Assembly: GCA_039933635.1 (NCBI GenBank)
Contig: JBDTNQ010000001.1
Span: 27,967 to 91,966, forward strand
Direction: 5' to 3'
DNA length: 64,000 bases
Origin: Acidobacteriota bacterium
GTDB lineage: Bacteria > Acidobacteriota > Vicinamibacteria > Vicinamibacterales > SCN-69-37
Within the stretch, counting starts at the first letter, position 1, and each line of letters begins with the position of its first letter. This document shows positions 27,522 through 36,182 of the stretch, piece by piece. The notes beneath the pieces were generated by a model, which had not been told where the DNA came from, did no database searches, and saw nothing but the letters and a program-made list of their open reading frames with translations. The position numbers were made by a program, and so were the translations under genes.

Positions 27522-28573
27522 TCGCGCGCCTCTTTCAGCCGGCGAAGCAGCAACATCAGGAAGAACGGCGCACCGCACAGCGCCGTCACCACGCCAAGCC
27601 GGATTTCGGCGGGTGGACGCACGGTGCGTGCGAGCAGATCGCAGGCCACCAGAAACGTGGCGCCACCGATCGCACTCGCCGGAATCAACGTGCGGTGCCC
27701 GGGCCCGAGCAGCAGGCGAGTGGCGTGCGGAACGACGAGCCCCACGAATCCGACGAGGCCGGCCACGGCCACCGATGCGCCCGTCAGCAACGCCGCCGTG
27801 AACACCAGCAGGCGCTTCGCCAACTCCACGTCGACTCCGAGCGCCGCCGCGCCGTCCTCACCCAGCAGCAGGAGATCGAGCGTGCGTGACTGCATCATCG
27901 CCGCGACGAGACCCAACGCAACGAACGGTCCCGACAGCCACACGTGCGCCCAGGTCCGCGAATCGAGTCCACCCATCATCCAGAACACGATGTCCTGTGC
28001 GACCTGCCAGGTCACGATGTTGAGCGAAATGAGGAGACTCGAGATGGCGGTGAGGAACGAGCCGACGGCGATCCCTGCGAGCAGGAGCGTGGTGATCGGC
28101 GTCGCACCGCCGCGTGTGGCAATGGCGTAGACGAGGAACAACGCCGCCATCGCCGAGCCAATCGCGGCCAGGGGCAGCGCGACGACCGACACCGTGCCTA
28201 AGCCCGTTACGAAGACGATCACCGCGCCAAGGACGGCGCCCGGCCCCACACCGGTCAGGCTCGGCTCCGCGAGTGGATTCCGGAAAAGCCCCTGCATCAT
28301 CGCCCCGGCGGTCGCGAGCCCGGCGCCGACAATGGCGGCGACCAGCACGCGTGGGAGTCGGATCAGCCAGACGATCGCGACGTCCGCGGGCACGACATCG
28401 CCGGCGCTGACGAAACCAGCCGGCAGCAGCTTCATCGCCAGCACGCGTGTGACGGTATGCCACGCCAGCGGCGTGCTTCCGATCACGATGCCGGCCACCA
28501 TGGCCACGGCCAGGAGCGGCAGCATCGCACCGTAGAACGCGGCGACACCCAGTCGCCGCGGCTCAGTCGCCAT
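27518..28573 (-). CDS. FecCD/BtuC-family ABC permease
   Basis: About 10 TM segments. RLPRVLVAAIVGAGLATAGAMMQ is typical of the FecCD family. Confidence 0.85.
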   Translation of the reverse strand: MATEPRRLGVAAFYGAMLPLLAVAMVAGIVIGSTPLAWHTVTRVLAMKLLPAGFVSAGDVVPADVAIVWLIRLPRVLVAAIVGAGLATAGAMMQGLFRNPLAEPSLTGVGPGAVLGAVIVFVTGLGTVSVVALPLAAIGSAMAALFLVYAIATRGGATPITTLLLAGIAVGSFLTAISSLLISLNIVTWQVAQDIVFWMMGGLDSRTWAHVWLSGPFVALGLVAAMMQSRTLDLLLLGEDGAAALGVDVELAKRLLVFTAALLTGASVAVAGLVGFVGLVVPHATRLLLGPGHRTLIPASAIGGATFLVACDLLARTVRPPAEIRLGVVTALCGAPFFLMLLLRRLKEARE

Positions 28574-29561
28574 GCGCGTTTCCATAGAACGTGGTGGCCA
28601 GCAGGTCGACCAGCCGAGCCGTGTATGGCGACATCGGAAGGAACACGCTGTTCTCGATGACAACAACGTGCCCGGTCCGCGCCGCCGCCGTCGCGGCAAT
28701 CGCCGGCCGGGCCAGTAGCGCCGCACGCACCGAGCCCGCCTGACCGCGATCGGCGCCGGCGACGATCCAATCGGGGTCCCATCGCACGATGTGTTCGTCG
28801 GTCACACGGTCGTAGCCGGTGAATCCGTGCGTCCCGGCGACGTTCTCGGCTCCGAGCACGCGGAGGATGTCGTGAAACAGCGTCTGCGTGCCGTAGCTGT
28901 AGCTGCCGCCCATGCCCAGCACTCGCGGCGGCCGCGTTCCGGCTGGCCTCCGCGCGGCCGCCCGTGCGATCACCGCGTGAAACCTCTCCCGTTCCGCTTC
29001 AGCCTCGGCATCGGTCCCGGTCAGATAACCGACGAGCCGGATGTGATCCTCGATGGACTGCAATGTCTCGAACCGCGTATCGATGCGATACACCGGCACA
29101 CCGGCCTGCCGGATCAGACCGCCGATCTCCCATCGCGTGGACTCAGGCGTGATCACGAGGTCGGGACGCGCCCTCAGCACGTGTTCGGGCTCGATCGCGA
29201 TCACGGGCCTGTAGTGCTCGACCAACGGCAGCACGTTGCTGCTCGCCTGAAGGTAGGCCGTCTCGCTGACCCCAACGACACGCTCGGGCTCGACCAGCGA
29301 ATACAGGTACTCGTCGACCGACCAGAACTGGGAGACGATGCGCATCGGCGCGCCGTCCATACGCACCCGCACGCGGTCCGCACCCGTGGCATATCGCGGA
29401 TATGCGGCCCCCTCAATCCCGACGACGTCGACGCCGCGTGACAGATCCGGCCAATGCGGTCGCGCCAGTAGCGACGCCGGCGTGCCGACCTGCACCCACA
29501 CCGCCACGCCGCCAACGGCTGCCAAGAGCCCGGCGAGAAGTGAACGCTCGTTCATGCCCAC
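28563..29561 (-). CDS. Periplasmic substrate-binding protein, BtuF/FecB class (cluster A)
   Basis: Signal peptide; RIVSQFWSVDEYLYSL...DLVI pattern. Sits between the TonB receptor and the permease. Confidence 0.75.
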   Translation of the reverse strand: MGMNERSLLAGLLAAVGGVAVWVQVGTPASLLARPHWPDLSRGVDVVGIEGAAYPRYATGADRVRVRMDGAPMRIVSQFWSVDEYLYSLVEPERVVGVSETAYLQASSNVLPLVEHYRPVIAIEPEHVLRARPDLVITPESTRWEIGGLIRQAGVPVYRIDTRFETLQSIEDHIRLVGYLTGTDAEAEAERERFHAVIARAAARRPAGTRPPRVLGMGGSYSYGTQTLFHDILRVLGAENVAGTHGFTGYDRVTDEHIVRWDPDWIVAGADRGQAGSVRAALLARPAIAATAAARTGHVVVIENSVFLPMSPYTARLVDLLATTFYGNAHGD

Positions 29562-29600
29562 CTGCCGACGACTGATCGTCGTTCCGCGAATGATCGCAGC

Positions 29601-32063
29601 CTACCTGCCGCCAACGGTGACCGTGATCCCGGTTCGCAGCGTGGCGGGCAGCGCCGGGAAGCCCGCGCCGGCCTGATAGTCCTGGTTGAGCAGGTTCTCG
29701 ACGCTGAGGTACCACTTCGCGCGGGGATGAATCGTGTACGCCGCACTGAGATCGACCTTCTGAAATCCCGCGTCGAGGTTGTGGTTCGGCAGCAGCATCG
29801 ATGAACCGAAGAACTCGTCGCTCAGGAACGTGCTGTCGTCCTGTTTGCCGGAGAAGTATCCGGCGAGCACCACCTGAAACGGGCCCTGTACGAACCTGGC
29901 CATCAAACTGCCGGAATTGATGGGCCGCCGGAACGGTCGCGCGCCGACGAGCGGGGCGTACTGGCCGATCTGAATATTCGGGAACGCCGGGTTCACGGCC
30001 GGTGCGAGCACACCACCTGAAAGAGACTTCGTGACCTTTGCGTCGAGGAACGTGTACGACGCCATGAAGTTCACGTGCGACACCGATGCGTCGGCGGACA
30101 CTTCCACGCCCTGCGCGCGATATGACGATGAGTTGACATAGGCGCCGAAGCCGCTGGCATCAGCCGCCTGCTGAGAGATCGCCAGCTTCGTGAGCGCGCT
30201 GGCGCTGACGTACTCGATGAGATCCGAGAAGTTGTTGTGGAAGTAGGAGGCGCGTGCGCGCACGCGGCCACGCCACACCCCCTGTTCGACCCCGACATCA
30301 AATCCCGTGTTGCGTTCGGGGCCGATTGGATCCACACCCGCGACCGTGCCCTTGACGACGGTGAAGAGCGACGACAACTCCTGCGAGAGCGTCGGCGCCT
30401 TGATGCCCGTCCCGGCGTTGAACATCAGCTTCGTCTCACCAAGGCCGCTCGTGGCAGACGGCTTGCGCAGGTAAGCTGTCCCGGACAGACGGGGCGTGAC
30501 CGCCACACCGTACGTTTCGTTGTGGTCGACTGCAAGCCCCGCGGTCAACGCCAGGGAACGGCGGCCCACCTGAGCCTCGACAAATGCGCCGGCGTTGTTG
30601 CGCGTGGTCTTCGGCGGTGCCGTTGGATCGTCGTAGGAGGACTGCGACACACCGTACTCGTGCTCGATGCGGGCTCCTGCGGCGACGTTGAAGGCGGGCC
30701 TCAGGCGGTAGTTCGCCTGTCCAGACACGACGTGCCGTGTGGTGGTGGCATCGAACGGCTGCGGGTACACACCGCCGTAATCCAGAATCGCCCGGCCGGA
30801 CACTGAGTAGCCATTCGCGCCGGTGATCGTGACCTGGTCGCCGAGGTAGTTGCCACCGAACCCGAACGGGTCCGAATACTGGCCGGTCGGGGCCGGATTG
30901 GTCAGGTGATAGTCGCTGTGCAGCACGGCATAGCGGAGGCTCGTCTTCAACCGCGGCGAGACGCGTGTGTCCGCCTCGAGACTGAACATCTGGGCGTCCG
31001 CCTTCTTCGTGCTGTCATCCGCGACGCCGTAGAACGACGTCGCGTTCGGCAAACCGATGTGCGACGAACCGGCTCGGACCACCGCGCTGATGTCCGTCGA
31101 CGACCCGGCCGCAAATCCCAATCGGCTCGCGAACGTCCGTCGCTGATAGGCGTTGTTCGCGACGTCGTTGTCCGTGTCGAAATGCGAGAACGCGGCGAAG
31201 TAGTCCACCCGATTCGTCGCGCCGCCGACCGACAGGTCGTGGCGCTGCGTCCCCAGTGTCCCGCCGTCAATCGAGTAGGTTGCCTCCGGCACGCGCGTCC
31301 GTCCGCGCTGCGTGGTCAGGGCGACAACACCGGTCAGCGCATCGTTGCCGTAGAGCACGCTGTTCGCGTTCCGCAGGACCTCGATCCGCTCGACGCCGGT
31401 CGTGTCCACGTCGCCGAAATCAAAGACGCCGCCGATGTCGTTGGCCGGCACGCCGTCGATGAGGACCTTGTTGAACGCCGACGTGCCGCCACGGACGAAC
31501 AGCGATGCTGCGGTTCCGCGTCCGCCGACCTGCACCACGTTCACGCCGGGCACGAGCCGCAACGCTTCGGCGACGTCTGGCTTCGCGAGATCCGACAGCA
31601 GGCGTCGATCCAGCACGGTCACTGATGCCGCCACCTGTGACGCAGGCTGCGCTTCGGCCGTCGCGGTGACGACCACGACTTGAGCGACACCGATCGACAG
31701 CGTGACGTTCACCGGAACCTTCGCGCCGGTCGCAACGAAGAACGGATCGACGTGCGCCACCACGAATCCGGCGGCGTCCACTTGTAGCGCGTAGCGGCCA
31801 GCGTCGGCAGTGGCCATCGAGAAGTGTCCCTGGCCGTCGGTCCGGCCCTCCGCCACCGTCTGTCCGTCGCGCATCAGCGCGACGGTGGCGCCGGTCACCG
31901 CACCGCCAAGTTGATCGGTGACCGTGCCGGTCACCGTGCCGCTGCCATCTGCGGCCGCGTTCGCGGCGCCGACCATCGACGCGATGAAACTGAACAGGAC
32001 GACGAACGCGCGCATCGTCAGGCGACGAGCGGCGACACTACGGACGGGTGCGAACCAGGTCAT
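29601..32063 (-). CDS. TonB-dependent receptor with N-terminal CarboxypepD_reg domain, riboswitch-controlled (BtuB-like role inferred)
   Basis: ATG at 32063 with GGAGA 9 nt upstream, then a signal peptide ...MVGAANA. Plug motifs VTVLDRR..., IEVLRNANSVLYGNDALTGVV. Large beta-barrel. Confidence 0.85.
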   Translation of the reverse strand: MTWFAPVRSVAARRLTMRAFVVLFSFIASMVGAANAAADGSGTVTGTVTDQLGGAVTGATVALMRDGQTVAEGRTDGQGHFSMATADAGRYALQVDAAGFVVAHVDPFFVATGAKVPVNVTLSIGVAQVVVVTATAEAQPASQVAASVTVLDRRLLSDLAKPDVAEALRLVPGVNVVQVGGRGTAASLFVRGGTSAFNKVLIDGVPANDIGGVFDFGDVDTTGVERIEVLRNANSVLYGNDALTGVVALTTQRGRTRVPEATYSIDGGTLGTQRHDLSVGGATNRVDYFAAFSHFDTDNDVANNAYQRRTFASRLGFAAGSSTDISAVVRAGSSHIGLPNATSFYGVADDSTKKADAQMFSLEADTRVSPRLKTSLRYAVLHSDYHLTNPAPTGQYSDPFGFGGNYLGDQVTITGANGYSVSGRAILDYGGVYPQPFDATTTRHVVSGQANYRLRPAFNVAAGARIEHEYGVSQSSYDDPTAPPKTTRNNAGAFVEAQVGRRSLALTAGLAVDHNETYGVAVTPRLSGTAYLRKPSATSGLGETKLMFNAGTGIKAPTLSQELSSLFTVVKGTVAGVDPIGPERNTGFDVGVEQGVWRGRVRARASYFHNNFSDLIEYVSASALTKLAISQQAADASGFGAYVNSSSYRAQGVEVSADASVSHVNFMASYTFLDAKVTKSLSGGVLAPAVNPAFPNIQIGQYAPLVGARPFRRPINSGSLMARFVQGPFQVVLAGYFSGKQDDSTFLSDEFFGSSMLLPNHNLDAGFQKVDLSAAYTIHPRAKWYLSVENLLNQDYQAGAGFPALPATLRTGITVTVGGR

Positions 32064-32184
32064 GGGCGTCTGTCTCCACGCAGGAGCGGAAGACAAACCG
32101 CGGGAATGGGCGTACTGACGAGGCCTGGGACGGACGTCCCGACTCGCAGTCCGCTTTCTGATCGCCGCAGAAAGTCGTCCGCAG

Positions 32185-32360
32185 AACGTTCAGGTAGGTC
32201 TCCTGGCTTGGAAGGAGCGAGCGCATCTCTGCGTCGCTGGCGGCTTCACCTTCCCCGGTTTCACACCGAGTGGTTAGTTCGAAGCTGCCCCTTCACTTAC
32301 AGTGGCGGGACCGCGCCGGCTTTGCACCGGACTTCCCTGTTATGCCCTCGTGGGCACCTG
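32185..32360 (-). promoter_or_regulatory. Cobalamin (B12) riboswitch
   Basis: Minus strand reads ...AACAGGGAAGTCCGGTGCAAAGCCGGCGCGGTCCCGCCACTGT...GGTGTGAAACCGGGGAAGGTGAAGCC...AAGCCAGGAGACCTACCTG. The B12 box corresponds to plus-strand 32193..32208. It lies directly 5' of the TonB receptor gene. Confidence 0.85.
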
Positions 32361-32440
32361 AACACACAAAGCCTAGCACAGCGCCAGGCCGCGGAGCCCG
32401 GGTCTCTCGCGAAGGCGCCGGCTCCATGAGGTGCATCCGC

Positions 32441-33427
32441 TCAGAGAGCCAGCCAAAGAAGGACAACGCCTGCCGCGACAAGCCCCGAGGCAACGACCAC
32501 ACGGAGAGCGCGAAGGACGTCTGCGTGATCGCCTGCTGGTGGATCGAGCGGATCGCCAATCCAGACGGCCGTCACTTGCGCGCCCTTCATCCAGATCGGC
32601 CCGACGAGCCGACGTTGAATGGCTCCGGCCGTCGCGGCTTCGCTCCAGCCGGAGTTGGGCCCAGGCAGGACGGAGTGCTGGCGGAGGCCGCACGCGAACG
32701 CCTTGCGCGCGGATGCACCAGGAACGACGGCCGCGATGGCGGCAATCAGCAGCCATGTCAGTCGCGCGGGCACGAAGTTCAGTACGTCATCGAGACGCGC
32801 ACCGCACCATCCGAAGTCCAAGTAGCGCGGTGTCTTGTAGCCGACCATCGAGTCCATCGTGCTCACGATCTTGAACAGCAACAGGCCGGGCAGGCCGCCA
32901 AGGGCGTAGAAGAACAGCGGGCTCGTGAATCCGTCGGTCAGGTTTTCACTGAGGCTTTCGATCGAAGCGCGCCGGCATGCGGCCACGTCCATACGGTCCG
33001 TGTCACGTCCGACGAGCTGTGCGATCGCCACGCGCGCGCCGGCCTCGTTGCCTCGTGATGCCGCCGCGTCAACCCGTCTCACATGAAGAACGAGATCGCC
33101 CAGCGCCAGAAGGCTGTAGACCAGGGCCGCGTGAACGATCCACGCGGGCCACGCTCCGATCGATGTGACGGCCCAGCCAAGAATCGCCAGGACCCCGCCC
33201 CACGTGACGACGAGCAGCAGGAACAGTGCGATCCCGCCGCCCCGCCCGTCGAGTCCCCACGCGCGGAGCCGCGTCTCGAATGCCGTGAGCGTGGCGCCAA
33301 CGAGGCGTACCGGATGCCAGCGATATTCGGGGTCGCCAAAGACGAAGTCGAGCGCCACAGCCAGCGCAAGGGCGGACGCGCTGCCGGCCAGCCAGGCGAT
33401 CAGTTCGCGCGCCACTTCTCGCGCCAC
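32441..33427 (-). CDS. cbiB: Adenosylcobinamide-phosphate synthase
   Basis: LALAVALDFVFGDPEYRWHPVRLVG is the CobD/CbiB signature. GTG at 33427 is chosen as the start, with low certainty. Confidence 0.85.
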   Translation of the reverse strand: MAREVARELIAWLAGSASALALAVALDFVFGDPEYRWHPVRLVGATLTAFETRLRAWGLDGRGGGIALFLLLVVTWGGVLAILGWAVTSIGAWPAWIVHAALVYSLLALGDLVLHVRRVDAAASRGNEAGARVAIAQLVGRDTDRMDVAACRRASIESLSENLTDGFTSPLFFYALGGLPGLLLFKIVSTMDSMVGYKTPRYLDFGWCGARLDDVLNFVPARLTWLLIAAIAAVVPGASARKAFACGLRQHSVLPGPNSGWSEAATAGAIQRRLVGPIWMKGAQVTAVWIGDPLDPPAGDHADVLRALRVVVASGLVAAGVVLLWLAL

Positions 33428-34533
33428 CCAAGAGCGACGGCCGCAAGCACCAGCGTGCGTGGATCGGAGGCGCCGACCTCGTGCAATCGCGCGCGGAACT
33501 CGGGCCACCGCTCGGGCTGGGCCGCGAGGGCTACCGCGAGCGTCGCGGCCTGTCCGACGACCGCGTCGGGAATGACGGACGCCGGCAGTGTTTCATGCCG
33601 CGCGCGATCGAGCACCGCCGCCATCGCGTGGGCCGCAGCGCCAACGAGCGGCTCGTAGAAGGCGCTCTTGCTATTGCGCCGGAGCAGTTGCAGCGGCTCG
33701 GCTTCAAGGTGGGCACCGAGGTCGTCGAAGATCGACGCCTCCTTCACGCCGTACCGCCCGAGCGCGTGGAACAAGCCCCTCGTGTAGCTTGGCTCGAGGC
33801 CATTCTGCCACCGCAACGCTTCCATGGTCGCTCGTCTCACCGCGAGCCCGACGATCTCGCCGAACTTCATGTGAGGACTGGCCGACGTCAGGGGAAAATC
33901 ACCACTGAGGGGCGCGGCCAGGCAGAACTGATCCGTGCCGGTGCCGGTTGCGAGATCCTTGGAGGCGCAGCTTGGAACGGCCAGGCGTTGCAGCGCCGCC
34001 GACTTCCCTTCCGTCATGGTCACAATCGTGCGGGTCAGCGCGGACACTGTCACGGGCACGTCGACCAGGACCATGGTGTTGATGGTGCCCACGATCGGCG
34101 GCACCTTGACCACACCGTCGCGTGTCTCGCGCCATGACGCCGGATCGCCGGCACACGTCGCGTTGGTCTGCACGCCGCCCGTCACGACGGCGGTGACGAT
34201 GACGTCGCCGTCCTGCTCGGACGCGAGGGCGGTGTAGTTCATGTTGGCCGCCGTTCCCATGACGGCCGCTTCGTCTGGCGGCACGTCGACCTCGGCGCAG
34301 ACCTCATCGTGGTAGGCGTCCTGCCCTCCCGCCGTCACCGCGTGCGCACGCGCCTCGTGTCCCGATCCCTCGCAACTCTGATGATTGATGAGGTAGCGGA
34401 CGCGATCGGTTTGCCCGCCGTTCTTCGTGGAGGTGCTGAACACGGTGTGCGGCCCGTGCAGTTCGGCGACCACGAACCGTCCCCGGCGCCGGACGATGGC
34501 CGATGCGAGGCGCGCGAGGACTTCCCAGTGCAT
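33400..34533 (-). CDS. cbiZ: Adenosylcobinamide amidohydrolase (CbiZ-like) with a ~130-aa C-terminal extension
   Basis: ATG at 34533 (M94 of the ORF; the upstream part of the ORF runs through the tRNA gene). The CbiZ-like core includes TAVVTGGV...GTINTMVLVD...TMTEGKSAAL...ATGTGTDQ. Confidence 0.7.
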   Translation of the reverse strand: MHWEVLARLASAIVRRRGRFVVAELHGPHTVFSTSTKNGGQTDRVRYLINHQSCEGSGHEARAHAVTAGGQDAYHDEVCAEVDVPPDEAAVMGTAANMNYTALASEQDGDVIVTAVVTGGVQTNATCAGDPASWRETRDGVVKVPPIVGTINTMVLVDVPVTVSALTRTIVTMTEGKSAALQRLAVPSCASKDLATGTGTDQFCLAAPLSGDFPLTSASPHMKFGEIVGLAVRRATMEALRWQNGLEPSYTRGLFHALGRYGVKEASIFDDLGAHLEAEPLQLLRRNSKSAFYEPLVGAAAHAMAAVLDRARHETLPASVIPDAVVGQAATLAVALAAQPERWPEFRARLHEVGASDPRTLVLAAVALGWREKWRAN

Positions 34534-34653
34534 GCCGGCGATTATGCCCCAGGGGTTCAGAGCCCGGAGCTCGAGTCGCGGCTCTCGCTTCGGATTGCGA
34601 GCCGGTTGCGATATGCTTTTGCGGTTGCGCTCAGCGCCACACGGCCTGCCAGT

Positions 34654-34729
34654 GCCGAGGTAGCTCAGTTGGTAGAGCATACGACTGAAAATCGTAGTGT
34701 CGCCAGTTCGATTCTGGCCCTCGGCACCA
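34654..34729 (+). tRNA. tRNA-Phe (GAA)
   Basis: GCCGAGGTAGCTCAGTTGGTAGAGCATACGACTGAAAATCGTAGTGTCGCCAGTTCGATTCTGGCCCTCGGCACCA. Folds as a cloverleaf with anticodon loop CTGAAAA and encoded CCA. Confidence 0.95.
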
Positions 34730-34739
34730 CTCACTAAAC
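34684..34739 (+). repeat. attL: 56-bp direct repeat within and after tRNA-Phe
   Basis: actgaaaatcgtagtgtcgccagttcgattctggccctcggcaccactcactaaac, identical to 52367..52422. Confidence 0.9.
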
Positions 34740-35145
34740 AATTCAGCGACAATAAGTTGCAGGCCATCAGCGGATGCAGCGCCGCGAGCTCACGATCTCG
34801 ACGGGGTAGCACGCGGGTAACGACCCAAACGCAGTTCGTGATTTCCTTGAGCAGTGCCGCTCGGCAAGCGTCGCGCGCTTGCGCTCAGCGGCCACTGACC
34901 ATCGCTGCTCAGTGGCAACTGACCAAGGTTGGGAGCCGGCGGGGTGCCCGATAGCGCTGAGGGACTCTCGCGTATATCGCCATGGTCTGCAAATCGGGCC
35001 CGACAGCCCCTGAAGGGAAGGTCGGAACCTCTGGTCACGTTCCCGTGAGCAGAACGTCCTTCCCTGGTCGGGTTTCAAACGAGCGGCAACAGCCCCGGAC
35101 CGAGAGCGGCTGGAACAGGCGGCGCCTCGTGCACGGGTCACTACC

Positions 35146-35406
35146 TTACGACGGCATCGCGACGAGCCGCCACGCGTCGAGTTGTCGGATGAACTCAAGG
35201 ACGTCCTTTTCTAGTTCGTCCCTCGCCATATCGGGATACCTGGCCTGAACCGCCGCCGTGGCTTCGGCGGTCGATCGCCCGACGGCAATGGCTTCACAGA
35301 TCAGCGACCCGACCCTGTCGAGACCGTACATCTCTCCGGTGTCTGTATTCAGCAGCACACCGCCGTCTTCACGTCCCGCAAACTTGATGTTGGCTGAGAA
35401 GGTCAT
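35146..35406 (-). CDS. PqqD-family RiPP recognition element (lasso peptide B1)
   Basis: ATG at 35406 (ATGA overlap with the methyltransferase stop). GGVLLNTDTGEMYGLDRVGSLICEAI...EKDVLEFIRQL is PqqD-like. Confidence 0.8.
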   Translation of the reverse strand: MTFSANIKFAGREDGGVLLNTDTGEMYGLDRVGSLICEAIAVGRSTAEATAAVQARYPDMARDELEKDVLEFIRQLDAWRLVAMPS

Positions 35407-36182
35407 CGCGTACTCCTCGTCTTCGTAGCGTCTGTCTGCGCCCACATGATGGTGACGTCCTCGATCGTGTAGAGGTCGCTGGCGCCGAGCGGCCGCAGGC
35501 CATGACGCAGCGCGGCCGCGAACTGGCGCACACGCTCACCTAGTGTGTCAGCGGCGCAGTCCGGCATCGCTAGCCATAGCCCGACCGCCTGGCTGATCGT
35601 CAGTTGACGTCGCACGCGGAGCCGGCGGCAGCGCACGCGGCCGACCATGGCCGCCAGTAACTCGGCGGTGGTCCGCCGATCCGCATCCGGTGCCGGCGCA
35701 AATTCCGGAGACGGCGTCACGTACGGCCGGCTAATCTCCCGCGCCACGCGCATCCACGCCGACCATGTAATCATGCTGTCGAGGACGACGAGGCGGCCCT
35801 GGGCTCCGAGCAAAGACCGTGCTTCGGCAATCGACATCGGCCGATTCGTCCAGTGTACCGACTTCGGGAAGACGACAGCCGCGCAGGACCCGCCGATGAT
35901 CTCGCGTGCCCGCTCGGCGTGACCGACCTCGAATCTCGCCTTGACGCCTGCCCGCGCCCCCGTTCGACGCGCTTCCTCGACGAAGCTCCGCGCCGGATCG
36001 AGGCCGATGACTTCGTGGCCGCGGCGCGCCATCGCGAGGCTGCACTGCCCGGCGCCGCAGCCGATGTCGGCAATCCGGCTTCCTCCGGGAAGGTCGCCGA
36101 CGACCCAGTCGATGACGTCAGTCGTGTAGGGGTTGCTACACCTCGCCGCGTGCCACGCTGCCGGTCGTCCGGGCCTGGTCAT
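35403..36182 (-). CDS. Class I SAM-dependent methyltransferase
   Basis: Motif I IADIGCGAGQCSLAMARRGHEVIGLD. ATGA overlaps at both ends. Confidence 0.8.
   Translation of the reverse strand: MTRPGRPAAWHAARCSNPYTTDVIDWVVGDLPGGSRIADIGCGAGQCSLAMARRGHEVIGLDPARSFVEEARRTGARAGVKARFEVGHAERAREIIGGSCAAVVFPKSVHWTNRPMSIAEARSLLGAQGRLVVLDSMITWSAWMRVAREISRPYVTPSPEFAPAPDADRRTTAELLAAMVGRVRCRRLRVRRQLTISQAVGLWLAMPDCAADTLGERVRQFAAALRHGLRPLGASDLYTIEDVTIMWAQTDATKTRSTR

Noticed and set aside
34534-34812. N-terminal 93 codons of ORF 33400..34812
   Set aside because: This extension reads straight through the tRNA-Phe gene on the opposite strand. The CbiZ-like sequence begins at the internal ATG at 34533.
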